Origin: Takakia lepidozioides
Lineage: Eukaryota > Plantae > Bryophyta
DNA length: 64,000 bases
Assembly: GCA_030704615.1 (NCBI GenBank)
Contig: CM060732.1
Span: 80,662,001-80,726,000, forward strand
Reading direction: 5' to 3'
Part shown: positions 27,401 to 39,148 of the stretch, piece by piece
How the letters are laid out: each line of letters begins with the position of its first letter
Numbering within the stretch: the first letter of the stretch is position 1
Translations under genes and position numbers: made by a program
Notes under the pieces: model-generated
Told to the model about the DNA's origin: nothing
The model's input: the letters and a program-made list of their open reading frames with translations, nothing else
Database searches by the model: none

Positions 27401-28438
27401 AGCTGTGTCACATGGGCGTTATGGAATGTCTACGTAGAAGTAGACATTTGTGTATTGTAGTGCAACTGAGAACTCTGATTTACTAAAGCAAAGCTCTCTC
27501 TTTGTTTCCATCATTTTTGCAAGTATAGGGAGAGTCCTGATGTTTACATATGCCATTTGGATTTGTTCCACTCCTCAGGCCATAGTGGTTGGCTTCCATT
27601 TGTGGACTTGTCTGGTTAGTGCCAGAATGCATGTTTTCAGTGGGCCTATGGTGCTTGCAACTCTGTTTTTTCACTTGTGTCAGTAGTTCCAGATTGCTCC
27701 TTGAAATTGGGCTATGGTACCTAAAACTTTGTTGTTTCACTTGAGTTAGTAGTGCCAGATTACTCCTTGAAATTGGGCTATGGTGCCTGAAATGCTATCT
27801 TGGCATTTTCATGATAGCCAGTTTTAAACAATACATGGGTTCATGAAGCCACCTATTTCTGGCCCAAATGGGAATATCTTTGGGACTAAACTACGTGGGA
27901 AATAGGGTAACTCCTGTGATCGCGGTTTAAAAATATAGAACCCCCATGACCGTGGGTTTGTGCTCACGTGAGCTCTGCTCACCGCTGTGCTCATGTCCTA
28001 CCAACCCCCCTATATAACGGCCAATCATTCCCATACTTAGACCCAGATAGACCTTACACTTCTCTTGGGATCCAAGTGGTCTATCTCAATTGTCACATTC
28101 AAAATGATACAACATGCTGAAAACTCTTTGCCGAAAACTACAACTATATTATCCTCGCTAGCCACTATCCGTGAAGAAACTATTGATTATTGGAACCACC
28201 ACTCTTGTTGCAACCTATGTTCTCTTGGTACTTAACAACCTTTTTTTTTCATTTCTGCATAGGTGTGGACGTGCCACGTGGTTGCAAAATGCTAAGGATA
28301 AGTGCAGCTCGGTGGTGACTTTAAGAATGTCCACGTGGATGCATCTTGGCTACAGGTTTGCTGATCTACTGTACATATATGACGATTTTTTCCACAACAT
28401 GTATATATTGCACGGCGCCGACACAACTGGAAATGAGG

Positions 28439-29362
28439 CCAGAAATTCCAAAAATATTCTTGAAAAGATGCGATAGCAGAACTAAAATTGGGAATAAATT
28501 GGGAAATAGGGTAACTAAAATTAGGAATATCTTTGGGAATATTCCATATGTTGAAATGAAATTCTCAAAATAAAATAAATATTCGACAGATGATTGTTGA
28601 ACTTGCCAAGGTACTACGGTATATGTTTTCAAAACGGAATTCAACCATTGGCGGATATAGAGACATGGTGCATTTATAAGGTTTCTCTGCCTATTTCTGT
28701 TCCTAAACCCAAAACCCTAATGTGGAATAGTCACACATAATGTATATCTACAAGCTCCAAGTTCCACATATCTACAACTTTGCTATCCTACAAAAGAATA
28801 ACACATTAGGGAAAAACAAAGTCACAATAACCAACACCATCCAAAACATACAAATAACCAAACAATAGTTGAACAATTTAATATAATAAGACAAACAACG
28901 GCGAAATAAATCAATGTATCAGGTTTTACAAGCGAAATAATGGATTTCGCCAACGAAATAGTAGATTTTGCTAGCGAAATAATGCGTTTTGTTAGCAAAA
29001 TATTGGATTTCGCCAGCGAAACAAGGGGTTTGCCGGTGAAATTTCTAGGTATCACAACGTAGGTCATATCCTATGGTTTCGTGGGCGAAAAAAAATGTGT
29101 TGCGGTTGGTTTTGCATATAAGAGATGACGTGACATTGTTTTGTTTCGCTAACGAATTGTTATGTGCTTGTGCGTACAAGAAAATAAACCACGGAAATAG
29201 GGTACCCGTCCATATTTATGACTCATTTTGTGCATATTTCTCCCGTGACTATTTCTCTTCGTGTGGTTTGTGCTCACGTGAGCACAAGTCTGCTCGTGAG
29301 CACAAATTGCACATTTTAGTTTCGCTATCGCATCTTCTCAAGAATATTCTTGGAATTTCTGG
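28439..29362. repeat. ~50-bp inverted repeats enclosing a 21-bp tandem repeat (MITE-like)
   Basis: 28439-28489 CCAGAAATTCCAAAAATATTCTTGAAAAGATGCGATAGC.. is the reverse complement of 29313-29362 with few mismatches. About five 21-bp units (AGCGAAATAATGGATTTCGCC-like) at 28931-29035. No TSD seen. Confidence 0.6.
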
Positions 29363-30411
29363 TATATCCTCTTCTGCTCATGCTCGAGTGAGCCTGCTCA
29401 CATGCTACCCAACCTCTTATATAGTAGAGTGTTATTTAGAATTCTTGAAGTTGTTGGAATGTCATGTTTGGTATGGTGTGTAATACCTATAATAGCACAT
29501 TTATATTGGCTTAAATTCCATTGTTGCCCACTTGTTGAAACTTTCCACTTTTCTTATTTGGCAAATGTGATGAGAAGATGTCTTAGTGAGTATGACCAAA
29601 TCATCTCCGACATTTTGTTTGTGATTGATTGTTTGATTCTATTATTTATTTGTTGTGTTATGTATTGGGGTTGTGAATGTATGGTTCTTTTTATATAGTT
29701 TTTACAAATGCCAAATAACAATATCTTTAAAATCGTATTCCATGGAGGTTTTGTTTGAACTATATGACATGCTTACTATATATGAATTTTTACCATTTTG
29801 TGGTCTCCTATAAATGGACAAGTTATATTTTTATTTTTGTTTTATCTTCAAATAATTTTCTATGAAGCTACAATTATTATAAGAGTTTACAATAGACATT
29901 TTACAACATGATTCTTCATTCATGAATATTTATCGTATGAACTTTAACATGAACAAGCTCCATGAACCAAGCAAGAAAAATATGCCCTGCTTCCACCCTA
30001 TTCTATGCCCTTTCCGCTTTAGGTGTAGATCATTGTTCTACTTGGTCAATAGAGGAGAAAATGGTTTTTTTGGGTTTTTTTTTACAACACAATTGAAGTT
30101 TGACTTTGGTGTCACATAAGCCATAGGTCGCATATAATGATGCAATAAGTTGAAATGCATCCTTTTGATCATCTATAGGAACAACCGCACCAGTGAGATC
30201 AGACTTGAAACACACTAGCTAGTGAGATATTGTAGAATGTTTGATCGGCGTATTTCACACGTCTGTCAAATATCTGAAACCTCGCTCGGCCTTGCTACAT
30301 CCAATACTCCCCCTCCTGTTGAATGCTATCTAGTCCAAAGTGTCCACCTTCCAACAAAAAGAGAAGTGTCATGAGTAATTCCTTGGGATGAAGAAACACC
30401 ATAATTTGAAA

Positions 30412-32445
30412 CAGGGGACAGAGGCCCTGAGAGAATTTTATGAAGTTTATTTGGGGAAACAACAATGATCTACGTAATTTATATACAAAAGTTTATAAAA
30501 TATATAACTATGTAACAAGTTTTTGAAATTTTGAAATTTTATAAGACATATAGGTATAAAAAAATTATATCTATCTTAATAAATTTATTTAAATACATCA
30601 AAATCTATGTACTGCTACGGTCCTCAATGGCCTATAATATATTTCACTGATATATTCCGGTCACATACACAGTGACTAATAGCCCAACACTTTTATGATA
30701 GTAAGCGAGATTTCCTGTCACCTTCGCATTCGGTACTATTTCAGCTCGTTGAGATCCGGCCTACTACCACCGAGGGCCAACATCCTACACACGGAAGATA
30801 ATTAATAGCCTACGTTTCTAAGTATTAAAATGTTCTATGGGTAGACTAATATAATCTCCAGCTCTGGTTACCGGCAAAAACCTTAAAGAACTGGTGGGTT
30901 TCATGGTTCTTTGGCATGTACCTCACGTTTGTGTTTGTATGTTTTCCCGGTCATTCTTGTTTTTGAGAACTGCCAGTGAAGAAGAGGGTATAATATACCC
31001 GGACTGGCAACTGTAAAGGGTTTGCTTTATGATGAGTTGGTTTGGTACATAGGTGAAGGACTGGTATAAAGTACTGGTATATACACTGGTATCAGATACC
31101 AGACCAGTCTGGTATCATTTGGAATAATACTTGCTCAAATATCAGACGAGGCTGGTATCAGTTTTTTCATACCAGCCACAATACCAGTACTCCCCAGCCG
31201 TCTTCCTCATTTACTCTGGTATGTATACTATACTAATTTATGTATATATATGCCTACATACTTGTGTGTATATATATATATATTTCTTTATTGGCTCTGC
31301 CCAACAGGTTGGGCAGGGCCAGTTTTTAGTTCCCAGTTGGGCACATGTTACACTTCATATCAATAAAACAATGGCAGGCCTCCGTGTATCTCACGCCTTG
31401 TTTGTATTGAATTTGTTTTCACTTGATACTTGCTATGTGATAAACTTGTAATTCAAGAAGGCTTTGGAGTGATACCAGGATTGATGTCTCGTACCAGCTG
31501 GTGTTGTGGTCATGATACTCATACTCATACCAGTATTTAGAAAAATATACATCCACCATTATATAGACCAGACTGGTATAAAAAATTTGTGATACGTCTG
31601 GCACCAGGACCAGTCTGGTATGTCCTAAACCTGATACCAGTACAACCCAACAGTCATGAAGATTTGGTTGTTTATTTTCAATGTGTTTTAGTGCGACTTT
31701 ATGAACTTGAACGGCCAATCAGTGATCAGCCCAGAGAGTGGAACCCCGCCGGGGGGGGGGGGGGGGAGGGATGGAACCATTGGTTCCAACATGTTGCCCT
31801 TTGTGAGAAGCCGCAACATATTCTTCTCCATTCAATGAGATATCGTCTAGGGTTCGCAGATCTTTACGCGGTGAAAAGTCTCCGCCCTCCGGGTTTGTGT
31901 AAATCAGCTCGAACAAGCTTGAACGGCACAAGCCCATCATGCGAAGACCATACTTTATACCTTACCAAGTCCACTCCGACAAAAGGAAACCTCACATGAA
32001 CCAACTATTTGTTGGAGTGCACGACACGAGTCTATGTCCCTTCCGTTTATCTGCTTAAAGAATCTCACATGGCAATTCTCAACACCCGTTCTCAACGCCG
32101 TACTCAAGACTGGGCTGACTCCTTGGCTCTTTTATTCCGGAGTTTTGTGTGCTGAGTGCCCCATCCTTGATCCACATCCTTGACCGGTAAGGCCATTCCG
32201 ACCAAGAATCTCATTTTTGTGGAAAATAATAACACATGACCACGGACTCGAGGCACACTTAGGCCCTGCCACTTATGAAGGTAAGAGATAAATTCATAAT
32301 TTTAAATTAAAGTTTAATATATTTATTAATAAAATTTCTACTTGGTTACAATTAGTCACCTTGCGAGTCACGCCATCTGAATGATTCCATTACCTATTAT
32401 ATTTTTTGGAATTTATTATGTAATTCTCAGGGCTTCTGTCCCCTG
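30412..32445. mobile_element. TIR-bounded non-autonomous DNA transposon (~2 kb)
   Basis: Left end CAGGGGACAGAGGCCCTGAGA; right end reverse complement CAGGGGACAGAAGCCCTGAGA (20/21). A third copy of the end motif lies at about 10584-10598. No convincing TSD. Interior is rich in CTGGTAT/ATACCAG motifs. Confidence 0.65.
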
Positions 32446-32454
32446 CACTTGAGC

Positions 32455-32665
32455 AGATAGCCCAATTGGTTGGGTGTTTGTGCCTTGCCTGTGCATAACC
32501 TAGGTGATCCTGGGTTCAATCCTTCAACATGTGCCTTCAGACCATCCATTGGGCCCTCGATGGCCTGTGTGTTGAGCGGTAGGCTCTGTAAATTCACTGG
32601 ACGCTAAAGAAACTTTATCTTTATCTTTATCCCCTGTTCCATTAAATAAATAAACAAATAAATAT
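32455..32665 (+). mobile_element. SINE-like element
   Basis: A-box-like TAGCCCAATTGG, B-box-like GGGTTCAATCC, and an A-rich tail (AAATAAATAAACAAATAAA) near 32645-32662. Confidence 0.4.
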
Positions 32666-35465
32666 GTATGGAGAAGATCAATGAAATTTATTAATAATAT
32701 CACATAATATCTATATTCATCCATCAATGGGATTCCAGCACTTGCCCAACTGGACCCACTCAAGATTAGTAATAAACTCATAGATATCTACATTCATCCG
32801 TCTATGGAACATATAAGGAATTGTGCCCAGTGTTGGTCTGATATCTGGTTTCGCGGGGCTATCAACCCGGGCATCATCTCTCCTAACCTAACCTCCTGTA
32901 AACATTTTTAGTACCCTACCAGAAGGTTCCCGAGTTCCCTGGCGGCCCCCCAAACCCTACCAGACCGTGGTTGGGGTTCTCCTTTCCCGCCCCCTACCCA
33001 AGCTCTCGACTTGTTGCTGCAGGTCTGTTCGGGTATCATATTAATATGCACATATTTATAGACATTATGGATGCAGGGTTTCATGTGTTTAAGAGCACCT
33101 CTTTATGATCTTCATTTTGCCAGACACTATGGATGCAATTATGATTCAGTGTATAATTGTATGGGGGTTGGTATCCTATGAGATGAGCAGGTTCCCTTGT
33201 GGTTTTCTTGATTATTCAAATGGCCATTTCAATATTGAATTTGAATTTGAATACTAGTATCCGAGTTCATATTTCTAGGTTATTGACATTCACATACCAT
33301 TGCTCATATCCGGATTGATTTTTTTTTTAAACCACTCTATGCATACCAGATTCATACTTGAAAAAATCAGGGGATGCATGATTGGAAAACCTGCCTGCCT
33401 TAAGAAAATTCAGCACTGCATACCAGGACCCTTCTGGTATTTCCAATTCAAGATACCAGACCAACACTGGTTGGGACCCACTCAAGATACAAGGTACCTA
33501 AGGTCATTCCATGTAATAAACTCACATTCATCTATAAGAGGAACACATAGGGAACATAAAGAACATGTGCGCAGTGCGGACTCTAAAGATAAAGATAAAG
33601 TCACCTAAGGCCACTCCATGCAAACGAATGCATAGTCCCTCCTAACAATGAAATGAAGCAAAATCATTTTCAAAGACTAACATAAAGGCTATCATTGAGC
33701 AAGACCCTTTGAATTTGAACTTGAACTTAATTCTCCCCAAGACCTGGTTGAATGCAAGTCGTGGTTGACATTAGGTGAATGAAAGTTGGTCACCAGTACG
33801 AAAATTCCAACACTCCCAGCAGACGTTGCGAGGATAGATCACATGACAGCTTCGAGTGGAGCCCATGATTTGAGACTTTTGGATTTCAGCGGCTTTTTCT
33901 CCTTCAAAGGCGAGGTTTGAAGTTGATGGACGATCCGACGTATGGGTAGGGCGGTGAGGAAGTTTACTCAACATTCCCCATAGTCTAAATTTTGCTACGC
34001 ACACACTATCGCAAGCAATTGCCCCCAATGCACCACGGCTGACTTTGATCTAATCGTACTGTGGAAAGTGCAAGTGTAATTGCATATGCTAAAATGCAGG
34101 GTAAAATAAGTTGGTGGTGAGGACTGAATAGGACCGGTGCTTCCTGGGTTGATGGATGCACTATTGTCTGTATTAGCTGGACTAACTGACAAAGTAATTT
34201 GGGTTGTACATCAATCAGATCAAGGTTGTCCTGATCTTGCTTTTATGCTGCTACAGTGCTAGGATCGTTTCTTTGCAGTTCCACGGATGACACTGTGGGT
34301 TCTTGCGTGAATTGAGACAATTTTCTTTTCAAGGAGAAGCATGCCATCGATTCAAGCTAGCGTTCTCTTGGGTCGAGTCCAAATAGCTGCAATAATGTTT
34401 CTTCTGTATTTCTTATGCTCATGAAGAGGTTTAATTTTTGTTTTCAAGCTCGGAAGACCGTAAAGCGTTGGTTGACGTCTGTGTGTCGTTAAAACCAGCT
34501 TCAACTCTCTGTGTCTCAATTGCTGCTGGACGGCATTCAATGCCCGCTGCGCTTGGTACATAGGTTGCTTACTGGATCCCATGCATTACATTCTACATCG
34601 GACGACTGAAACCCTGTAAACGTAGACCATCACAACGCCAAGTGGTTCAGTTCGACCAACAATTGGACCAGGTGAAATGACACGAGGATCAAATCTGAAA
34701 CTAAAGTCGCTTTGATACAATAAATAGCTACACCCAGATGGCCCAGATTTCTCTGAATCTGAAAGACCAGCTGGTTCCCGGACCCCGGTACCTCCATAGA
34801 GCTTGCCACATAATACCACCTAGCCTACAAATCTCCCTCCTCCATAAATGCTTTCATTCTCTCTCAAGGTCAAGAATGATTCCCGGGCCCCTTCACTGCC
34901 TTCAGTATAAAATATATTAACACACAACGCTTTGTTTTTTCAAGCAGTTACAAATCCATTATGGCCAACGGTACCCAACAAGACGACAGACTGCAGAGAG
35001 TCAGCTCGACGTCCGGCATATTGCCTCCCTTCCACGTTTGTGGTGCCAGAGCCCACCCCACAACTAGGACTCTCACAGTGGGTCCCGACTCACTCGGAGT
35101 CACTGCAAAGCTCACCAATTCCGCACGTGTGAAACTGTTTACGAGTTAACGACAATTCGAAAACGAGGTACTTCCGCAGTACAATAAGATGGGTGCCGTA
35201 CATTATGTACAGTCTGTGTAAGTCTATGGTATATACGAACAGTATAGGCGTATACTAAAGTGTACAGTGAACTGGGTGACCGGGAATCAGCGTTGCGAGG
35301 CTGCCGGGTCAAGGCCCGACATGCTCCGACCCCGCGTTAAATTGTTGCGATTGTCCAAGGCACGCCGCTGCAGTCAACGTTTGAAGAGTGAGAGAGAGGG
35401 AGAGCGAGGGGGGGGGTAGGGGAGCCATGGCTGCGCACTGCGCTCCGATCATCTCGCCGAACTGA

Positions 35466-35475
35466 TATATATATA
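35466..35475 (+). promoter_or_regulatory. Candidate TATA box of the peptide-precursor gene
   Basis: TATATATATA about 290 bp upstream of the ATG at 35759. Confidence 0.35.
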
Positions 35476-35758
35476 CATAAGCGAGGATCCATGCTACTCC
35501 ATCATTCCAATTTCCCAACGCCGATCTCAGACATCGACACAAGGAAGAGCCTCACGTACTGCCAGAAGTACGAGATTGTGCACTGGTACTGACAACTTGA
35601 CATTGACGTGCAGCAGCTGAGAGCGCGAAATTTATAGAAAGAGATTCATCTGATTGTGAAGAGATACTCGAGTGGGAGGATCTGGGATAGAGAGGAGGAA
35701 GGTTGTAGGTGGGTTTTCTGTTCTGCTGTTGCAGGGATTCGTTCAGCTGGAGGTGGGT

Positions 35759-37747
35759 ATGAAGTGTTCTGTCATTATGCGGAAAACGGTGTGGTCGGCT
35801 GTTCTGTTGCTCATGCTCATCTTCTGCCCCAATGTACTCTGTGCTCGTGCCCGGTTTCTTCCCGCCCCGACAGGTGAACCCTCTATACTTCTCAACAGTC
35901 TGCAAGGCTTTGGGAATCCGACTCCTGTCAGCCAGGGGCATATGGGCTCAATGAATCTGTTTATGCCGGATGGCGAGATCCTGAGAAAAGCTTCAGTTCC
36001 CCCTTCAACATCATGGCCTTTTCCCCCTGCGACTACTCGTGGCTATGGAGGAGACGAAGTAGCAGCTGAAAAGTTGAGCACTGGAGAACATACCAAAAAA
36101 CCAGCCATGGACCTGTTGGCCATGAAGGCGGGCGGATCACCGAGCAAGGGCGGAAATCATATCACGGCGGACCAGAAGTCTGGCACTCCCAGTAAGGGTG
36201 GGAACTCTGTTGGAGCGATGATGGAGCAGAAATCTGGCACTCCCAGTAAGGGTGGAAACTCTGTTGGAGTGACGATGGAGCAGAAGTCTGGCACTCCCAG
36301 TAAGGGTGGCAACTCTGTTGGAGAGCAGAAGTCCGGCACTCCAAGTAAGGGTGGAAACTCTGTGGGAGTGACGATGGAGCAGAAGTCTGGCACTCCCAGT
36401 AAGGGTGGAAACTCTGTTGGAGTGACGATGGAGCAGAAGTCTGGCACTCCCAGTAAGGGTGGCAACGCTGCTCTCACAGTGGGTGAGAAGAAGTCAGGTG
36501 CCCCTGGCAATGGTGGCAACGCTGCTCCCGCAGTTGGTGAGAAGAAGTCAGGCACCCCGAGCAAGGGTGGTAACGCCCAGGTCGCGATGGACCAGAAGTT
36601 GCGGTCTCTGGAAACTGCTCTCAGCAAGGGTTCATCCGGACCTTCCTCAGGGACTCCCAGTCCCATCCACAACGTTCAGGAAAACGGTTTTGCCAAGAGC
36701 ACACAAACATCTCCCTCAGGGACCCCTAGTGCTATTCACAACGAGCAGGTGGCCGCCGGATTGGACGTTCCTGAGCAGCTCTTTGGAATTGCCCTGCCAG
36801 TGGTGGAGTCAAAGGCTGCAGGCTCAGGCTCACCTTCAAATGGCCACAACTCTCCGTCATCTTTCGAGAGGCTTTCGAAAACTTCACCCCATGGATCATC
36901 GGGGACGCCTTCCTCCGGCCATAATTCCATTCCTACAACGGTGGAATCTAAGGTGGGCTCACATTTCAATGTTCTTTCCAAGACTTCACCCACTGGATCG
37001 TCGGGAACTCCTTCCAAAAGCCATAATTCAGTTCCTACAGTGGAGGAAACTAAGGTGAGCTCCTCTTTCAATGTTTTATCCAAGACTTCACCCACTGGAT
37101 CGTCGGGAACTCCTTCCAAAAGCCATAATTCACTTCCTACAGTGGAGGAAAATAAGGTGGGCTCCTCTTCCAACGTTTTCTCCAAGACTTCACCCACTGG
37201 ATCGTCGGGAACTCCTTCCAAAAGCCATAATTCACTTCCTACAGTGGAGGAAGCTAAGGTGGGCTCCTCTTTCAATGTTTTCTCCAAAACCTCACCTCCT
37301 GGATCGTCAGGGACGCCGTCCACCGGGCATAACTCCATTCCTACAACGGAGGAATCTAAGGTAGGCTCATCTTTGAATGTTCTCTCCAAGACTTCACCCA
37401 CTGGATCGTCGGGAACTCCTTCCAAAGGCCATAATTCAGTTCCTACAACGGAGGAATCTAATGTGGGGTCATCTTCCGACATTTTCTCCAAGCCTTCACC
37501 TTCCCAGAGCCACAGCTCAATTTCCACGAGCACGGAGATGAAGTCTGACTCAGTCCTGCATGAGTACAGTGCAGTTGATCACATGGATCGTGGTCGGAGT
37601 TTAAGTGAACACCTGAGTATGATAGTTGAAGGTCATAAGGCAGAGGAGAGGAACACTGAGAGACTCGTGGGGTGTGGATCCGATACGAATTTACAGCTGC
37701 TTGGGTTCGGACCAAGAAAAGATCTCGTCTCCAACCTCTTCCATTGA
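35759..37747 (+). CDS. Secreted multi-repeat peptide precursor (IDA/IDL-like polyprotein), 662 aa, intronless
   Basis: First in-frame ATG at 35759 gives a signal-peptide-like N-terminus (MKCSVIMRKTVWSAVLLLMLIFCPNVLCA). It is followed by 9 units ending in GGN (7 exact SGTPSKGGN) and 9 units ending in HN (e.g. FNVLSKTSPTGSSGTPSKSHN), separated by spacers that often contain Glu. The ORF is uninterrupted. Confidence 0.85.
   Translation: MKCSVIMRKTVWSAVLLLMLIFCPNVLCARARFLPAPTGEPSILLNSLQGFGNPTPVSQGHMGSMNLFMPDGEILRKASVPPSTSWPFPPATTRGYGGDEVAAEKLSTGEHTKKPAMDLLAMKAGGSPSKGGNHITADQKSGTPSKGGNSVGAMMEQKSGTPSKGGNSVGVTMEQKSGTPSKGGNSVGEQKSGTPSKGGNSVGVTMEQKSGTPSKGGNSVGVTMEQKSGTPSKGGNAALTVGEKKSGAPGNGGNAAPAVGEKKSGTPSKGGNAQVAMDQKLRSLETALSKGSSGPSSGTPSPIHNVQENGFAKSTQTSPSGTPSAIHNEQVAAGLDVPEQLFGIALPVVESKAAGSGSPSNGHNSPSSFERLSKTSPHGSSGTPSSGHNSIPTTVESKVGSHFNVLSKTSPTGSSGTPSKSHNSVPTVEETKVSSSFNVLSKTSPTGSSGTPSKSHNSLPTVEENKVGSSSNVFSKTSPTGSSGTPSKSHNSLPTVEEAKVGSSFNVFSKTSPPGSSGTPSTGHNSIPTTEESKVGSSLNVLSKTSPTGSSGTPSKGHNSVPTTEESNVGSSSDIFSKPSPSQSHSSISTSTEMKSDSVLHEYSAVDHMDRGRSLSEHLSMIVEGHKAEERNTERLVGCGSDTNLQLLGFGPRKDLVSNLFH
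36125..36574 (+). repeat. Coding tandem repeat, mostly 54 bp (18 aa) units: KSGTPSKGGN
   Basis: Repeated CAGAAGTCTGGCACTCCCAGTAAGGGTGG; one unit is shortened to 45 bp in frame. Confidence 0.95.
36863..37435 (+). repeat. Coding tandem repeat, 102 bp (34 aa) x about 6: F..LSKTSPTGSSGTPSKSHN
   Basis: CCATAATT recurs at 37021 and 37123 (102-bp period); the units are near-identical. Confidence 0.95.
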
Positions 37748-39036
37748 AGGCCAGCCTCAGAAGGTTCTTTGCCAGGCCTAGGCCCCAATATATGATGGCG
37801 CTAAGCAAATTTCTTTCTTCGATAAGCCCGGGGTTAGATGCTTAGCCCTTGAGCAAACTGCTCAGGAGAGAATCGTTGCCAAAAGCAAATTGCTTTGGGA
37901 TTGCATTGTGGTGCAATGCTGATGAAGACACCAATCGAGCGACCTCGTCCAAAATGAGGCTTCCAGAGGTCGGGGACTCCAGGTCCCTCAGTAGGACCAA
38001 GAAATTGAAACGGGCGAGCAAAAGAAAGCACAGAAGATCCACGTCTGGCAACGCTTTGTGGCATTTGTAGGCAGCAGGTGTCTTTCCATCCACACGAGGG
38101 AGGGAGCTGGAGAGGTGGAATTTGTAGATATCGATAACGATACAACTCTTTGAGGCTACTGAAATCATCTTGAAGTTTTGTTCGATGAAAGGGGTGAAAT
38201 TCCACATGAGTCGGATTCAACCCCTCCTTATTACTGCACAGTTCATTCATGATAGAACTCCCCATAGACCTTTGTAACAAGTAGCAAAGATCTTTGAAAA
38301 TAGGTGTTCAAAGATTGGGCTCAGGGGGTTTGGGCTTTTGATGCTCTCCCTTGCCTTCTCGTACAGATTTTTATACAAACCGGCCATTCAGCTGGACAAG
38401 GCTGTTCCCATGTTAATTCCCATGTAATAAACATTCAACGCACTGAAGCCATGTGATTCCTGTATCCACTTCCACTTGAATTGGCCTGTAGTCTCTTTTA
38501 CTGAGTATAACCGCAGAACAGAAATCAGTTGCATGTGAACGAACCCCGGGGGACACCACATTGTGGGTCCGCACAGCAACAGCAAAGAATCAGACCCGTT
38601 GGCAATCACTTCCCAGAATTTCATAATGTCCAGCACTAGTGACTGTTATCCACGTGTTCCATAGTTGGCATTCTTTCTCCTCCAGTTCTATACTGTCTGA
38701 ACAGAGGTTAGTAGTCACAATGTTCTCAATTTGCTATCCGCAGTCCCCGTATGATCTTCTTCCTGGATTTCTTTGCATTTTGAATGTTAATGATCAGTGA
38801 CAGTTCCAAAACGAAGGATCAACGTTCGTGCTTTTTATCTACTCGGAACTAAAGTCTATGACCATGTTACTGGGAGCAAACTGGTCTCTCGCACGTACAC
38901 AGCACGCATCGTGCCTCTCCCACCTCCGAGTTCCTCATTCAAAAGGCCTCTGAGTGGTGCGCTATAAGAGAGACTGAATGTCACGTGAAAGAACGGAGCA
39001 AGAATGCTCCCGCATAGTGCTTCAATGCCTTGGAAC

Positions 39037-39050
39037 AAAAAACATAAAAA
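39037..39050 (-). terminator. Pol III oligo-T terminator(s) downstream of the tRNA pair
   Basis: On the minus strand, T5 (39046-39050) lies 8 nt after the tRNA-Leu(CAA) discriminator base, followed by T6 (39037-39042). Confidence 0.7.
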
Positions 39051-39058
39051 GTGATTTC

Positions 39059-39142
39059 TGTCAGCAGTGGGGTTCGAACCCACGCCCCCTTACGAAGACC
39101 AGAACTTGAGTCTGGCGCCTTAGACCACTCGGCCATGCTGAC
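39059..39142 (-). tRNA. trnL-CAA: tRNA-Leu (anticodon CAA)
   Basis: Minus strand GTCAGCATGGCCGAGTGGTCTAAGGCGCCAGACTCAAGTTCTGGTCTTCGTAAGGGGGCGTGGGTTCGAACCCCACTGCTGACA: perfect acceptor stem, TTCGAA T-loop, long variable arm. Confidence 0.97.
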
Positions 39143-39148
39143 ATTAAG

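Noticed and set aside
35672-35758. GTG-initiated N-terminal extension of the precursor
   Set aside because: Non-ATG start. The ATG at 35759 puts the signal peptide at the N-terminus.
36157-37533. Long antisense ORFs (36157-36672, 36736-37533) and alternative-frame ORFs over the peptide precursor
   Set aside because: Shadow ORFs produced by in-frame tandem repeats that lack stops. Only the plus-strand frame has a signal peptide and meaningful motifs.
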